Position numbers and translations under genes: made by a program. From an uncultured Candidatus Saccharibacteria bacterium (GTDB lineage Bacteria; Patescibacteriota; Minisyncoccia; Phycocordibacterales; UBA9973), in assembly GCA_964384645.1 (NCBI GenBank), contig CAYLKL010000003.1, positions 9,101 to 73,100 of the forward strand: 64,000 nucleotides of DNA, in the 5' to 3' direction. Shown here piece after piece: positions 54,690 through 64,000 of this stretch. The notes under the pieces are model-generated. The model saw nothing but the letters and a program-made list of their open reading frames with translations. It searched no databases and was not told the origin of the DNA. Numbering within the stretch: the first letter of the stretch is position 1; each line of letters opens with the position of its first letter.

Positions 54690-57143
54690 TTATCTTTCTT
54701 CAATAATTGGTTTTATATTTCCGTTTCCACCGCCACCTCCTGGAGGCACAACACTACAATCTGTTGCAACTACAACTGAAACTTGAGAACTTTCAGAATC
54801 TCCAGAACCATCAACACAAGATATTGAATAATTTAATGTTCCACCATCTGCAACTCCACTTGGAATAAACGGCCCAAAATCAGTTGTACCGCTACTGTTC
54901 AATTGATTAAACCAAAACATTGAGCCAAAATTATTCCAGCCAACTGGTGCAGGTACACCTCCGCCAGGAACATAAGAGTATCCAGTTGTACAAGAAGCGA
55001 AAGGATTTGATTGAGCGCTCGCTGAGCTTACGGTCAAAGTTAGAGAATCACCTGGTTCAATACACGCAGTATTTGTATTTAAGTCCAAATAAACACTTGA
55101 ATTAGCCCTAGGCACAATTGTTACAGAGTCAGTTACAATTGGAATATGTGTATTATTTAATTTATCTTCGCAAGTTATATTGTAATAAACAATATCTCCA
55201 ACATTTGCTCCCCCAATATCTATATTCAAGAAGCTTCCATCTGGATCGTGCGTAACGCTGTTAATTGCATTCCAAGCGGTCGTTGGTGATGATGTAATGT
55301 CACAAGTTCCAGAATTAAAATCTCCTGCTGTTTTCTTTATATCTATTTTTACTGTTCCACCTACCTCAACAGTATTCAAGTTTCCATCATTGTCATTTTC
55401 GTCACTTGCATTAAGTGACAACTGAAGACCATTTAGCCCTGCGATAGAAACTTGCGTTGATGCTGTATAAGTTTGTAGTGTTACCTTATCTCTACAAGTT
55501 AGCGTATAGGTTGTTGTTGCCGGAATAACGGACACTCCATTTTCAATTGCTGTAAATGAGTTCCCCGCAAAAAGATCAGTTTTTGGACCAAACCAAGCAC
55601 CATTTGGAGACGAAACACCTCCCATTCCAACAGCAGAACACTCTAAATCTTTATTCAAAACAGATTCCCATCTCAAAGAAATTTTTTCACCGAGATTCAC
55701 CTGACTAATTGCCTGACTACCTAAAACATAAGGATCTTTGTGCGCAGTAAGAACTAGTGAAACATTTTCATTAACAACCACAATGTCTTGACCACAAACA
55801 AGACTAGGAGATGTACCACAAGAAGCACCTGTAGTACCCGCACCTCGTGTACAAGTTAATTTAAATATAGTTGCATCACCAACAGCACTACCTGGCACAA
55901 GAACATCGTTTATAACCCCAGAAGTTCCAAGGAAAATATATGGTAAAGGTTGCGCAAGTGGGGTTGTCCATTTTGGATTTGTGTAAACAACACCATTAAA
56001 AGTAGTCATACCGACGCAAGTATTTGGCACAATAGCGTTTGTTGTCCAAGTTATATCAGTAAGGAAAAAACCATTCGCATCTGGAACATTTTTAGGATTT
56101 GCACTAACGACAACTGAAGCAACTTTTCCACCTGGAAGTATTGTAACTAAAATATTTCTAACCATCGGACCGATAGTTCCAGTTCCATTTTCGTCACCCT
56201 GACATGTAATTGTAAAAGATTTAGTTATAGCGGCAGATGTAGTATTCAAAAAAGTAAGCGCAGGCCACGCATGACCTCCGTTAGTAGAACTTCTGCCTGG
56301 ATTTCCAGACAACCAGTCTCCACTTGCAGTACAACTATTTGGAACAACATCTAAAACATTCCAACTCAGCACTACGTTGTTATTTGAAGAAGTAGAAGAA
56401 GTAGAGACTGATGGATTCTGTTGATTTGCAATAACATTACCCGAACTTGTTGTTGCAGAAAAAGTTAAAAGTGATTTTCCGCCGGCATTTCCATCTATGA
56501 ACACTTGACTCATATCAATCCAGCCGACATTTAATGGTCCACCCCAAGCAAAACCCGAAAGAAATCTTTGACCTTGGGCATTTGGCTGACCAACACTTAC
56601 AGAATAAGAGCCGGACTCGCTTCCGTTAAACATTGCATCTCCTGCAAAACTAATCCATCCATCCCAACCACCATTTGGATTATCTGTCATTGAACTACAG
56701 TTCCCTGGAACGTTTGATCCTAGAGTATTTAGTGTTGCACTACAAAATCTTGCCCAGCCAACAATATTATTACCAGCTAGCCTTGCGTTTACGGGAGTTG
56801 TCCCTGATCCAACAGGAAAACCTGAAAGACCTCCAAACTTAACCCATCCGTAACTTTTTGTTCCCGTGATAGAGTCTACTGGGTTCGCCCATGCATATCC
56901 AGATAAATTACCAACCGAATCAATAGTAACTTGATAACTTGCAGGGTCGGTCAAGCTATCCTTAAAAGAAATCCACCCCGCGCCTCCAGGAATACCACTA
57001 GGCTGACCAATCCCCGCCCAAGCCCAGCCGTCCATTTCTTGAAATGAAGTCTGTGCTTTTAAAATAGACGTATCACCAAAAACAAAAAAACTTATCATTA
57101 GGAGTCCTAGTATTGCGAAGAAAAATTTTCTAGTGTTTTTCAT
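54690..57143 (-). CDS. Large secreted protein (817 aa) with N-terminal G[FYW]AW..GW[IV].F repeats and C-terminal Ig-like / beta-sandwich domains
   Basis: Signal peptide. Repeats DGWAWAGIGQ...AGWISFKD, SGYAWANPVD...YGWVKFGG, GWARF, GWDGWISFAG and SGFAWGGPLNVGWIDMS. The same repeat type occurs in the 31246..33345 protein. Confidence 0.55.
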   Translation of the reverse strand: MKNTRKFFFAILGLLMISFFVFGDTSILKAQTSFQEMDGWAWAGIGQPSGIPGGAGWISFKDSLTDPASYQVTIDSVGNLSGYAWANPVDSITGTKSYGWVKFGGLSGFPVGSGTTPVNARLAGNNIVGWARFCSATLNTLGSNVPGNCSSMTDNPNGGWDGWISFAGDAMFNGSESGSYSVSVGQPNAQGQRFLSGFAWGGPLNVGWIDMSQVFIDGNAGGKSLLTFSATTSSGNVIANQQNPSVSTSSTSSNNNVVLSWNVLDVVPNSCTASGDWLSGNPGRSSTNGGHAWPALTFLNTTSAAITKSFTITCQGDENGTGTIGPMVRNILVTILPGGKVASVVVSANPKNVPDANGFFLTDITWTTNAIVPNTCVGMTTFNGVVYTNPKWTTPLAQPLPYIFLGTSGVINDVLVPGSAVGDATIFKLTCTRGAGTTGASCGTSPSLVCGQDIVVVNENVSLVLTAHKDPYVLGSQAISQVNLGEKISLRWESVLNKDLECSAVGMGGVSSPNGAWFGPKTDLFAGNSFTAIENGVSVIPATTTYTLTCRDKVTLQTYTASTQVSIAGLNGLQLSLNASDENDNDGNLNTVEVGGTVKIDIKKTAGDFNSGTCDITSSPTTAWNAINSVTHDPDGSFLNIDIGGANVGDIVYYNITCEDKLNNTHIPIVTDSVTIVPRANSSVYLDLNTNTACIEPGDSLTLTVSSASAQSNPFASCTTGYSYVPGGGVPAPVGWNNFGSMFWFNQLNSSGTTDFGPFIPSGVADGGTLNYSISCVDGSGDSESSQVSVVVATDCSVVPPGGGGGNGNIKPIIEER

Positions 57144-57144
57144 A

Positions 57145-57471
57145 TTATAAATTATTTAAAGCGTCTAATTTTTGTTCATCAGTTGTATAAGTACCTGAAC
57201 TTACATTTAATTCTTCTAGGTATTTATCTTTTTCTTCTTTAGATAGAGAGTTTTCTGATTCGAGAGAATTTAAAACATCTAATTTTTGTTCTATAGTTTT
57301 CTCTTTAACTTCGAATTTTTTATAAATAAGAAATCCAACAAATACTATTATTAGAATTATTATGATCCAAAGAAAAACTTTTTTTGAATCATGTTCACTA
57401 ACTTCTTTTTGAGGATTTGAAAGATTATAAAGATTTTTTTGCATTGTGTATAAATTATAGCAACAAATCAA
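57145..57471 (-). CDS. Small single-TM protein immediately upstream of the 54690..57143 gene
   Basis: TM helix VFLWIIIILIIVFVGFLIY followed by a coiled-coil-like EQKLD repeat. The ORF-track start is TTG. The first ATG is at 57444, preceded by a TGcTATAAT extended -10 (57454-57462). 1-nt gap to the downstream gene. Confidence 0.45.
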   Translation of the reverse strand: MICCYNLYTMQKNLYNLSNPQKEVSEHDSKKVFLWIIIILIIVFVGFLIYKKFEVKEKTIEQKLDVLNSLESENSLSKEEKDKYLEELNVSSGTYTTDEQKLDALNNL

Positions 57472-57507
57472 AAGTAGAAGAAGATATTTGTGGAAAACAA
57501 AAATACT

Positions 57508-57536
57508 TTGACAATAAAATGGTAAAAGAGTAGAGT
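57508..57536 (+). promoter_or_regulatory. Candidate sigma70 promoter for the 57563..58171 gene
   Basis: TTGACA (57508-57513), a 17-nt spacer, then TAGAGT (57531-57536), 26 nt before the start codon. Confidence 0.4.
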
Positions 57537-57562
57537 TTTATAAACCTCAAAAACTTCTGCAC

Positions 57563-58171
57563 ATGAAAAACAAATACAAAATACTTAGTCTAATTATCTC
57601 CTGCTTATTGGCGTATTTAAGCTACGAAAACCCCATAAACGACCGTAGTGAAATCGTGCCCCAGATTATTATCCACGCATGGATAGCTTCCATGTATATG
57701 TCTGCGATTATTTTTTCCATAAACGCGCAAGATCTACTAACTAGTGAAGAAAAAGAAGTAGAAAAAAACTTAACAGACAGCGCCTCAAACCTGCAGTACC
57801 TAATTCTCTTTATGTTTTCGTCTTTCGTGACATTATCTGCCGGAAACATAGTTATCTTAGTGAATTACAGCTCTTTAGAAACCGCCCTGGTTTATGCTTT
57901 GTTGTTTTTTGTTTCTTTCGCATTTGTATCTGTCAAATGCTTAAATCTTTTTGACAAAAGAAACTTGCAAATTCAATGGGTTGTTTCTTTTACACTTATA
58001 CCGATACTATCTGTGTCTGCAATATCAATACTAGGAACAGATCTATTAGCAAAAATAAAAATGAACCAATTATGGTTAATGATTTTTGTTTTTGTTTTAT
58101 TCTTTGTTTCCTTTCTTTCATTTTATATTACAAAAACAGAGGAGAGTAAAATCAAAAAGCCCGCTACTTAG
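57563..58171 (+). CDS. Hypothetical polytopic membrane protein
   Basis: 202 aa with ~6 hydrophobic helices. No recognisable motif. Confidence 0.45.
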   Translation: MKNKYKILSLIISCLLAYLSYENPINDRSEIVPQIIIHAWIASMYMSAIIFSINAQDLLTSEEKEVEKNLTDSASNLQYLILFMFSSFVTLSAGNIVILVNYSSLETALVYALLFFVSFAFVSVKCLNLFDKRNLQIQWVVSFTLIPILSVSAISILGTDLLAKIKMNQLWLMIFVFVLFFVSFLSFYITKTEESKIKKPAT

Positions 58172-58185
58172 CGGGCTTTTTTTAT
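58153..58185. terminator. Bidirectional intrinsic terminator (membrane-protein gene on plus, tig on minus)
   Basis: Stem agcccgct-actt-agcgggct followed by TTTTTTT; an A-run precedes it. Confidence 0.8.
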
Positions 58186-59237
58186 TCTTCCAAAAATTTC
58201 ATTACGGACTCCTTAGTTAAAACATCCTCAATATACGCTTCTGCTCTACCTCTATCAGCGCCTTGATACTGAGACATTATCAACTCAACTTCTTTATTTA
58301 TTTCTTCGGCTTCTGGAAAAAGATTATTTTCTCTAGCTATATCTCTTACAACCAAAGCAAGTGTAACTCTTTTTTCAGCATCTTTTGCAAAATCTGCTCT
58401 CATTTCGTCTTCTGTTTTACCAATCTGCTTTATGTAATCTTCAAACTTAAGACCAGCATCTGCTATATTTTGCTTTGCTGTTTGGAATAACTGTTCTTGC
58501 TCAGCATTTACAAGTATTTTTGGAAGTTCAACTTTTGTTTCCTTAATCAAAGCTTCTGCAATCCTTGTTCTCTTATCACTTTTTTGTTTTAATTTTTTCT
58601 CTTCTAAGATATTTTCTTTTAATTTTACTTTCAGATCTTCTACGTTTTTAAAACCACCAAGAGATTGAGCAAAAGTATCGTCTAGTGCTGGGAGATTTTC
58701 ATCTTTGAGCTCTGGATGATCATGAGTGTGAACTGAATTATCCCCGTGCGCATGTAGTTCGTCATGTATGCGCATTTTTTGAATAGTCCGCATTGTATCT
58801 TCAATTTCTTTTTCTGTAACCTCAAGACTTTCTTCTTTCTCTTCTTTAATAACATCTTTTGCTACTTTTTTGTAATCCTTCTTTTCAATTTCTGGCAAAG
58901 TTGCAATTAAAATATTATATTCAAGGTCGTTTCCTTTTGCGATTTTAGAAATAGTTATATGCGGCCTACCAAGAGTTTCAAGCCTATTTTCTTTTACAAC
59001 TTCCGCGAATTGCTCACCAATAGCAAGAGCTGCCATTTCTTCAAGCAGAACCATTTCAGGAGTGTTTTTTTTAATAATTTCAGCAGGAGCTTGCCCCTTT
59101 CGAAATCCAGTAAACTCTCTATCCTTCCCTAGAATTTCTAATGCTTTTGCCTCAAAAGATTCAAATTTTTCAGCCGGTATTACGGCGTCAATTTTTGTAA
59201 TACTTTCAGGCATTTTTGTTATTTTTATATCTTTCAT
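58182..59237 (-). CDS. tig: Trigger factor lacking the PPIase domain
   Basis: Ribosome-binding signature GFRKGQAP (TF GFRxGxxP) in the N-domain. The likely start is the ATG at 59237 (MKDIKITKM), giving ~351 aa with no FKBP-type segment. The ORF track over-extends to 59357. Confidence 0.7.
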   Translation of the reverse strand: MKDIKITKMPESITKIDAVIPAEKFESFEAKALEILGKDREFTGFRKGQAPAEIIKKNTPEMVLLEEMAALAIGEQFAEVVKENRLETLGRPHITISKIAKGNDLEYNILIATLPEIEKKDYKKVAKDVIKEEKEESLEVTEKEIEDTMRTIQKMRIHDELHAHGDNSVHTHDHPELKDENLPALDDTFAQSLGGFKNVEDLKVKLKENILEEKKLKQKSDKRTRIAEALIKETKVELPKILVNAEQEQLFQTAKQNIADAGLKFEDYIKQIGKTEDEMRADFAKDAEKRVTLALVVRDIARENNLFPEAEEINKEVELIMSQYQGADRGRAEAYIEDVLTKESVMKFLEE

Positions 59238-59410
59238 CCGGTAGTGAAAAATGGCATTAAAATTAAAGCCATTTATTAAATTAACTTCTAAATAAAATTT
59301 CCAAACCTTTAATATATTTAAAATCCGAACTAATAGAATTTTAAATGGCAATGCCATTTTCTAATAACCGGACAGGTAAGTGAAGACACTTTAACACAGT
59401 TTCCCGGAAA

Positions 59411-59452
59411 AACAAAAAGGCTCATATTTTTTAAATATGAGCCTTTTTGTTT
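59411..59452. terminator. Bidirectional intrinsic terminator
   Basis: 12-bp stem aggctcatattt / aaatatgagcct followed by a T-run; an A-run precedes it. Confidence 0.8.
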
Positions 59453-59454
59453 TT

Positions 59455-59730
59455 CTATTCTATTTCTACTTCAAGCGAATTAAAGTCTGTTGACTCAAAA
59501 TCTGCTTCTATTGATTCAATTTCAGTAGAATCAGATTGTGTACCCATAGAGTCTGCTGATTGCTCATTTTGACTCATACTTTCCTGTGTATTGTTCATCT
59601 TATTTTCACGAGATTCACCACCCAGTAAAATATATCCCAGAACAACAATGATTACTATTGCAACTATTGACCACAAAAGTGAATTAGACTTATTCTCAAC
59701 CACTTGAACCGAATTATTGTCTCCTTCCAT
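59455..59730 (-). CDS. Small single-TM protein with an acidic Ser/Glu-rich C-terminus
   Basis: TM helix LLWSIVAIVIIVVLGYILLGG. 91 aa. Confidence 0.4.
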   Translation of the reverse strand: MEGDNNSVQVVENKSNSLLWSIVAIVIIVVLGYILLGGESRENKMNNTQESMSQNEQSADSMGTQSDSTEIESIEADFESTDFNSLEVEIE

Positions 59731-59767
59731 AATATTTTTCTAAAAAATATAAAGATACTCGACCAAA

Positions 59768-60703
59768 TTAATTTTTACCTGAATTATCGTCATTTGAATT
59801 ATCTCTTAAATCCTTTAGAGCCACAAGTGCTTTTCTAAGATTTTCAAAAGCAGATTTTAATTCTTGCTTTGTTGAATCTAGATATACCTTAACCATATCT
59901 TTTGACTCATCTCTTCTTGATTCCCATTCAAGCTTTGCTTTTGCATGAAAATCTTTCGCTTGAACTAAGTCAGTTTTTGCATTTTCTAAACTAGCACTAA
60001 CCAAAGAAACATCTTTACCTTCTGCCTTAAATTTACCCGCAGCTGTTTCAATTCTTACAATAAATTTCTCAATGTGTTTTACTGCTTCTTCAAATCTCTT
60101 AAATACAAATTCAGCTGACATTTTTCTTACAAAACTATCTTCTCTTTTTGAATCATCGTTTCTTTCACTCTTACCAAAAAAAGAAGCTTTTATCTTTGCA
60201 CCAATACTATTATCATCAATGCTATTATTTTTTCTATCATATCCTTCTTTGTCATCATTTCCTGAATTACTTCTTTCTGTATTTTTTTCGCTAGGTCTTG
60301 AATCTCTATTTTCAGTTTCAAGATTTAAAACAGCTTCTACTTCGGCCTTTGTTAAAGTTGGATATTTAGAAACCACTTCCGCAACAATTTCATCTCTAGT
60401 CTTTGCTGATGTTGAAAAAATTGATTTTTTATCATTAATTTCAACCTTAACAATTGTTTCGTTAGTAAAGATATCGGCTTCCACTTCAAGCGCACTACTA
60501 CTACTTGAAGAACTAGAACTATCGTCACTATTTGAATTATCATCACTTGAACTATCATCTTCTACCTTAACACCACCCGATAACCCAAATTCAAACGATC
60601 CTTTTCCGCTTCCACTATTTTCGCTCTTAGCGTAAACACTTGGAGCAGAAACAATAATTGCTAACAAAAATACAAATATTGATAAATTAAATACTTTTTT
60701 CAT
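59768..60703 (-). CDS. Secreted Ser/Asp-rich low-complexity protein with a coiled-coil C-terminus
   Basis: Signal peptide MKKVFNLSIFVFLLAIIVSAPSVYA. Poly-Ser/Asp tracts. 311 aa. Confidence 0.45.
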   Translation of the reverse strand: MKKVFNLSIFVFLLAIIVSAPSVYAKSENSGSGKGSFEFGLSGGVKVEDDSSSDDNSNSDDSSSSSSSSSALEVEADIFTNETIVKVEINDKKSIFSTSAKTRDEIVAEVVSKYPTLTKAEVEAVLNLETENRDSRPSEKNTERSNSGNDDKEGYDRKNNSIDDNSIGAKIKASFFGKSERNDDSKREDSFVRKMSAEFVFKRFEEAVKHIEKFIVRIETAAGKFKAEGKDVSLVSASLENAKTDLVQAKDFHAKAKLEWESRRDESKDMVKVYLDSTKQELKSAFENLRKALVALKDLRDNSNDDNSGKN

Positions 60704-60780
60704 AAAATTTTATTACATTAATAAAGCCAAAAGGCTACGACATTTATTATAACGCAGACTACCGCAAATAAGTAACGCAA

Positions 60781-60812
60781 ATAAAAAAACGCCCTTACGG
60801 ACGTTTTTTTAT
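60781..60812 (-). terminator. Intrinsic terminator after hppA
   Basis: Imperfect hairpin aacg(t)cc-gtaa-gg(g)cgtt flanked by an A-run and a T-run. Confidence 0.5.
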
Positions 60813-60820
60813 ATTTATAA

Positions 60821-62794
60821 TTAAATAATCATCGAAACTATAAGTAGTGCCACGATATTTAATATTTTAATCATAGGATTTATAGCAGGCCCGGCTGTAT
60901 CCTTATAAGGATCTCCTACAGTATCTCCTGTTACTGAAGCTTTATGTGCTTCTCCTCCTTTTCCGCCAAAATTTCCAAGTTCAATATATTTCTTAGCATT
61001 GTCCCATGCACCTCCACCTGAAGTCATTGAAACCGCTACAAAAATACCTGTAATAATTGCTCCAATCAAAAGACCTCCAAGAGCTTCAACCCCCAAAGTG
61101 AAACCAACAATAATTGGTACAACTACTGGTAGTAGTGCAGGGAAAATCATTTCTCTAATTGCACTCTTTGTAACAATATCAACTGTTCTTCCGTAGTCTG
61201 GCTTTTCAGTTCCAGTCATTATACCTGGGTGATTTTTGAATTGATCACGAACATCTTCAACAACAGCACCAGCTGCTTTTCCAACAGCTTCCATAGAAAG
61301 AGCGCCGAAGAAATAAGGTAGTAGTCCTCCTATAAATAGACCTGCTAAAACTCGAGGATCATCAATAAAGAAAGCATAACCATCTCCAATAGAATTAGTG
61401 AAGTCAGCAAATAAAACCAATGAAGCAAGAGCAGCTGATCCAATTGCGTAACCTTTTGTTACTGCCTTTGTTGTATTTCCAACAGCATCTAGCGGATCAG
61501 TAATATCTCTAACTTCTTTTCCAAGCTCACTCATTTCAGCAATACCGCCTGCGTTATCAGTAATAGGTCCGTATGCGTCAATTGTTACGATTATTCCAGC
61601 CATACCAAGCATTGCCATTGCAGCAATCGCAACACCATAAATTCCAGCAAAAGAATAAGCTCCCAACATTCCGGCAACAATAACAATCACAGGAGCTGCT
61701 GTTGATCTCATAGACAACGCAAGCCCAGCAATTATATTTGTTCCGTGTCCTGTAGTTGACGCTTTAGCCAATTTTTTTACAGGAGAAAATGATGTTGATG
61801 TGTAGTATTCAGTTATAACAATAAGTAACCCTGTTACAACTAGTCCAACAACTGCAGAAAGGAAAACATTCATAACGTCCATTTCTGTAAAGAATTGTTT
61901 TACAACAAAGTAAAAAGCCACTGCCGCGATAACACCTGAAGCAATAAGACCTTTATACAGAGCCATCATTATGTTTCCTTTTTTACCAAGTCTAATGAAA
62001 GCAAGTCCGATAATTGAAGCAAGTATTGCAACTGCACCTAAGACCAAAGGAAATACCACCAAGTTTGATTCAGCTCCAAAGAATATAACCCCAAGAAGCA
62101 TTGCTGCGACAGTTGTAACTGCATAAGTTTCGAACAAGTCTGCTGCCATTCCCGCACAGTCTCCAACGTTATCTCCAACGTTATCCGCTATAACAGCAGG
62201 ATTTCTTGGATCATCTTCTGGAATTCCAGCTTCAACTTTTCCAACCAAGTCAGCACCAACGTCAGCTGCTTTTGTAAAAATTCCTCCACCAAGTCTTGCG
62301 AAAATAGAAATCAAAGATCCTCCAAATCCAAACCCAACAAGAGCGTGTGTATCTTTTGTTATGAAATATATTAATGCTGTTCCAAGCAAAGCAAGACCAA
62401 CAACCAACATACCAGTTACAGATCCTCCACCAACAGCTACTGCCAAAGCTTTTTTCATTCCACCTCGAGCTGCTTCAGTTGTTCGAACATTTGCTCGTAC
62501 AGAAACATACATTCCAATAAATCCTGCTAGTCCTGAAAAAATAGCACCTACCAAGAAACCAATTGCAGCACTCCAACCCAAAGATGGGATAAATCCAAGA
62601 ACTCCAAACAAAACAACAGCAACAACCGCGATTGTCTTATATTGTCTTGTCATATAAGCTTTCGCTCCGATTTGAATCGCTTTTGCGATTTCCTTCATTT
62701 TTTCATTACCTTCTGGCATCTTAAGAATTGACCATGTTCTGATCAAACCATAGATGATTGCGGCTCCCGCTGCTCCAAATATTAACGCTTGCAT
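60821..62794 (-). CDS. hppA: Membrane-bound H+(or Na+)-translocating pyrophosphatase
   Basis: [31 protein letters not shown] and [13 protein letters not shown] motifs. ~15 TM. 657 aa. Confidence 0.9.
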   Translation of the reverse strand: MQALIFGAAGAAIIYGLIRTWSILKMPEGNEKMKEIAKAIQIGAKAYMTRQYKTIAVVAVVLFGVLGFIPSLGWSAAIGFLVGAIFSGLAGFIGMYVSVRANVRTTEAARGGMKKALAVAVGGGSVTGMLVVGLALLGTALIYFITKDTHALVGFGFGGSLISIFARLGGGIFTKAADVGADLVGKVEAGIPEDDPRNPAVIADNVGDNVGDCAGMAADLFETYAVTTVAAMLLGVIFFGAESNLVVFPLVLGAVAILASIIGLAFIRLGKKGNIMMALYKGLIASGVIAAVAFYFVVKQFFTEMDVMNVFLSAVVGLVVTGLLIVITEYYTSTSFSPVKKLAKASTTGHGTNIIAGLALSMRSTAAPVIVIVAGMLGAYSFAGIYGVAIAAMAMLGMAGIIVTIDAYGPITDNAGGIAEMSELGKEVRDITDPLDAVGNTTKAVTKGYAIGSAALASLVLFADFTNSIGDGYAFFIDDPRVLAGLFIGGLLPYFFGALSMEAVGKAAGAVVEDVRDQFKNHPGIMTGTEKPDYGRTVDIVTKSAIREMIFPALLPVVVPIIVGFTLGVEALGGLLIGAIITGIFVAVSMTSGGGAWDNAKKYIELGNFGGKGGEAHKASVTGDTVGDPYKDTAGPAINPMIKILNIVALLIVSMII

Positions 62795-62852
62795 ATAAAT
62801 TTAATTTATTAACTAATGATTAATTTTACGACTTTATAATTTTATAAACCTT

Positions 62853-63968
62853 CTAACTTGAAACTTCGTTATCTTCTTTTTTATCATTTTCACCTTCTTT
62901 TTGTAAAGACGATATTGCAGTTTTCAAATCATTCAAAGATGTATATTCTTCTTTTTCCTCTTCTCCTTCAACGACTTCTCCGTCAGATGAAACAACTGTT
63001 TCAGCTGTTACTCCTTTTATGTCAATTCTCCAACCGGTAAGTTTTGCAGCTAGTCTAACATTTTGACCGCCCTTTCCAATCGCAAGTGACAACTGATCGT
63101 CCGCCACTTCCACAAAAGCTTTGTGTTCTTCTTCTTGAACTTGAATATCCAAAACTTTTGCAGGTGATAGAGATTTTGCAATAAAAGCTGAAGCGTCAGA
63201 AGACCATTCAATTATGTCGATTTTTTCACCAGAAAGTTCACTCATAACAGTAGTGACCCGAACCCCTTTTTGTCCGACACAAGATCCAACAGGATCAACA
63301 GACTCATCGTTTGAAAAAACGGCGATCTTTGATCGAGAACCTGGTTCTCGTGCGATAGATTTTATTTCAACAACACCACCCGCAATTTCTGGCGCTTCCA
63401 TTTCAAATAATTTCTTCAAAAACATCGGATGTGTTCTTGAAAGTCTCAAGGTTACACCTCTTGGTCCTTCTTCTACTTGATAAAGATACGCGCGCAATCT
63501 TTCGCCTCTTCTGAAATATTCTCCTGGAATTTGTTCTTCACTAGGAAGTATTCCAACAGCTCTTCCGAAATCGACAAAAACCATCCCGCGTTCTACCTTT
63601 TGAACAACGCCAGAAACAATGTCGCCCGACTTTCCACCGAACTCTCCAACGATTGATTCTCTTTCAGCTTCACGAATTCTTTGGATAATAACTTGTTTTG
63701 CTGTTTGCGCAGCAATTCTTCCAAAGTCTTCTTGGGTCTCTAATGGAAAAACAATCTCCTCTCCTAGTTCAGCGTTTCCTTTCATTATTTTTACATCTTC
63801 TAAAAGAATGTGTTTTTCTGGATCAAAACGAACTCTTCCGTCATCTTCTGTGTTTTCGTTTTCATCTAGTAGCGGCACAACTTCTTCTTCTCCGTCTTTT
63901 GGCATAACAGCAGTCGTTTCATCAACAACTTTTTTTATTTGAGAAAAAGTTGTTGTACCAGTATTCAA
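62853..63968 (-). CDS. nusA: Transcription termination/antitermination factor NusA (N-domain + S1 + two KH domains, no C-terminal AR repeats)
   Basis: RIAAQTAKQVIIQRIREAERE, the S1 segment GDIVSGVVQKVERGMVFVDFG, and KH segments VGSCVGQKGVRV and AIGKGGQNVRLAAKLTGWRIDI. Confidence 0.85.
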   Translation of the reverse strand: MNTGTTTFSQIKKVVDETTAVMPKDGEEEVVPLLDENENTEDDGRVRFDPEKHILLEDVKIMKGNAELGEEIVFPLETQEDFGRIAAQTAKQVIIQRIREAERESIVGEFGGKSGDIVSGVVQKVERGMVFVDFGRAVGILPSEEQIPGEYFRRGERLRAYLYQVEEGPRGVTLRLSRTHPMFLKKLFEMEAPEIAGGVVEIKSIAREPGSRSKIAVFSNDESVDPVGSCVGQKGVRVTTVMSELSGEKIDIIEWSSDASAFIAKSLSPAKVLDIQVQEEEHKAFVEVADDQLSLAIGKGGQNVRLAAKLTGWRIDIKGVTAETVVSSDGEVVEGEEEKEEYTSLNDLKTAISSLQKEGENDKKEDNEVSS

Positions 63969-64000
63969 ATCAAAATGCGCTCGAACTATTTGTCCGCGCT

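Noticed and set aside
60072-60635. 187-aa Ser/Leu-rich plus-strand ORF
   Set aside because: It is antisense to the Ser/Asp-rich secreted protein 59768..60703 and is a low-complexity mirror artefact.
1-64000. Alternative genetic code (UGA recoding as in SR1/Gracilibacteria)
   Set aside because: All ribosomal and housekeeping genes give full-length, motif-complete products under the standard code with TAA/TAG stops, so there is no sign of in-frame UGA read-through being required.

Overview
This is a low-GC (roughly one-third GC) bacterial chromosomal window. The first ~29 kb is a minus-strand ribosomal-protein supercluster. It runs from the str operon (rpsL-rpsG-fusA-tuf) through the S10/spc genes (rpsJ-rplC-rplD-rplW-rplB ... 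rpsS-rplV-rpsC-rplP-rpmC-rpsQ-rplN-rplX-rplE ... rpsZ-rpsH-rplF-rplR-rpsE-rplO) to secY-adk-map. The cluster is interrupted in unusual places. A pyrD-pyrC-pyrE/pyrF pyrimidine cluster sits between rplB and rpsS. Two hypothetical genes with their own terminator and a consensus promoter sit between rplE and rpsZ. An SDR-like gene plus a 138-bp inverted-repeat element sit between fusA and tuf, and a small ORF sits between rpsG and fusA. L30 is absent, S14 is the short Zn-ribbon type, several r-proteins carry extensions, and trigger factor lacks a PPIase domain. These traits fit a Candidate Phyla Radiation / Patescibacteria-type organism (inference). Flanking the cluster are ndk, a VanZ-like membrane protein with a structured leader, a large VirD4/TraG-family ATPase, and a partial beta-CASP MBL ribonuclease. 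The second half (28.8-64 kb) is accessory-like and dominated by very large secreted or surface proteins. These include a tail-fibre-like protein with an intramolecular-chaperone autoprocessing domain, co-operonic with an M50 site-2 protease and a polytopic GW-repeat protein. Two tandem giant LamG/Ig-like/CARDB adhesin-like paralogs share a 520-bp 100%-identical block. Other secreted proteins are Gly-rich or GW-repeat proteins, one with a Por_Secre_tail-like C-terminus. Interleaved are a split ComEC (channel and MBL domain encoded separately), rnhA, an SOD-family gene, rpmB, recJ, HIT, pgk-tpiA, tig, hppA and nusA. No rRNA, tRNA, CRISPR array or recognisable prophage or IS element was found. 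Many intrinsic terminators and a few near-consensus sigma70 promoters can be read directly from the sequence.
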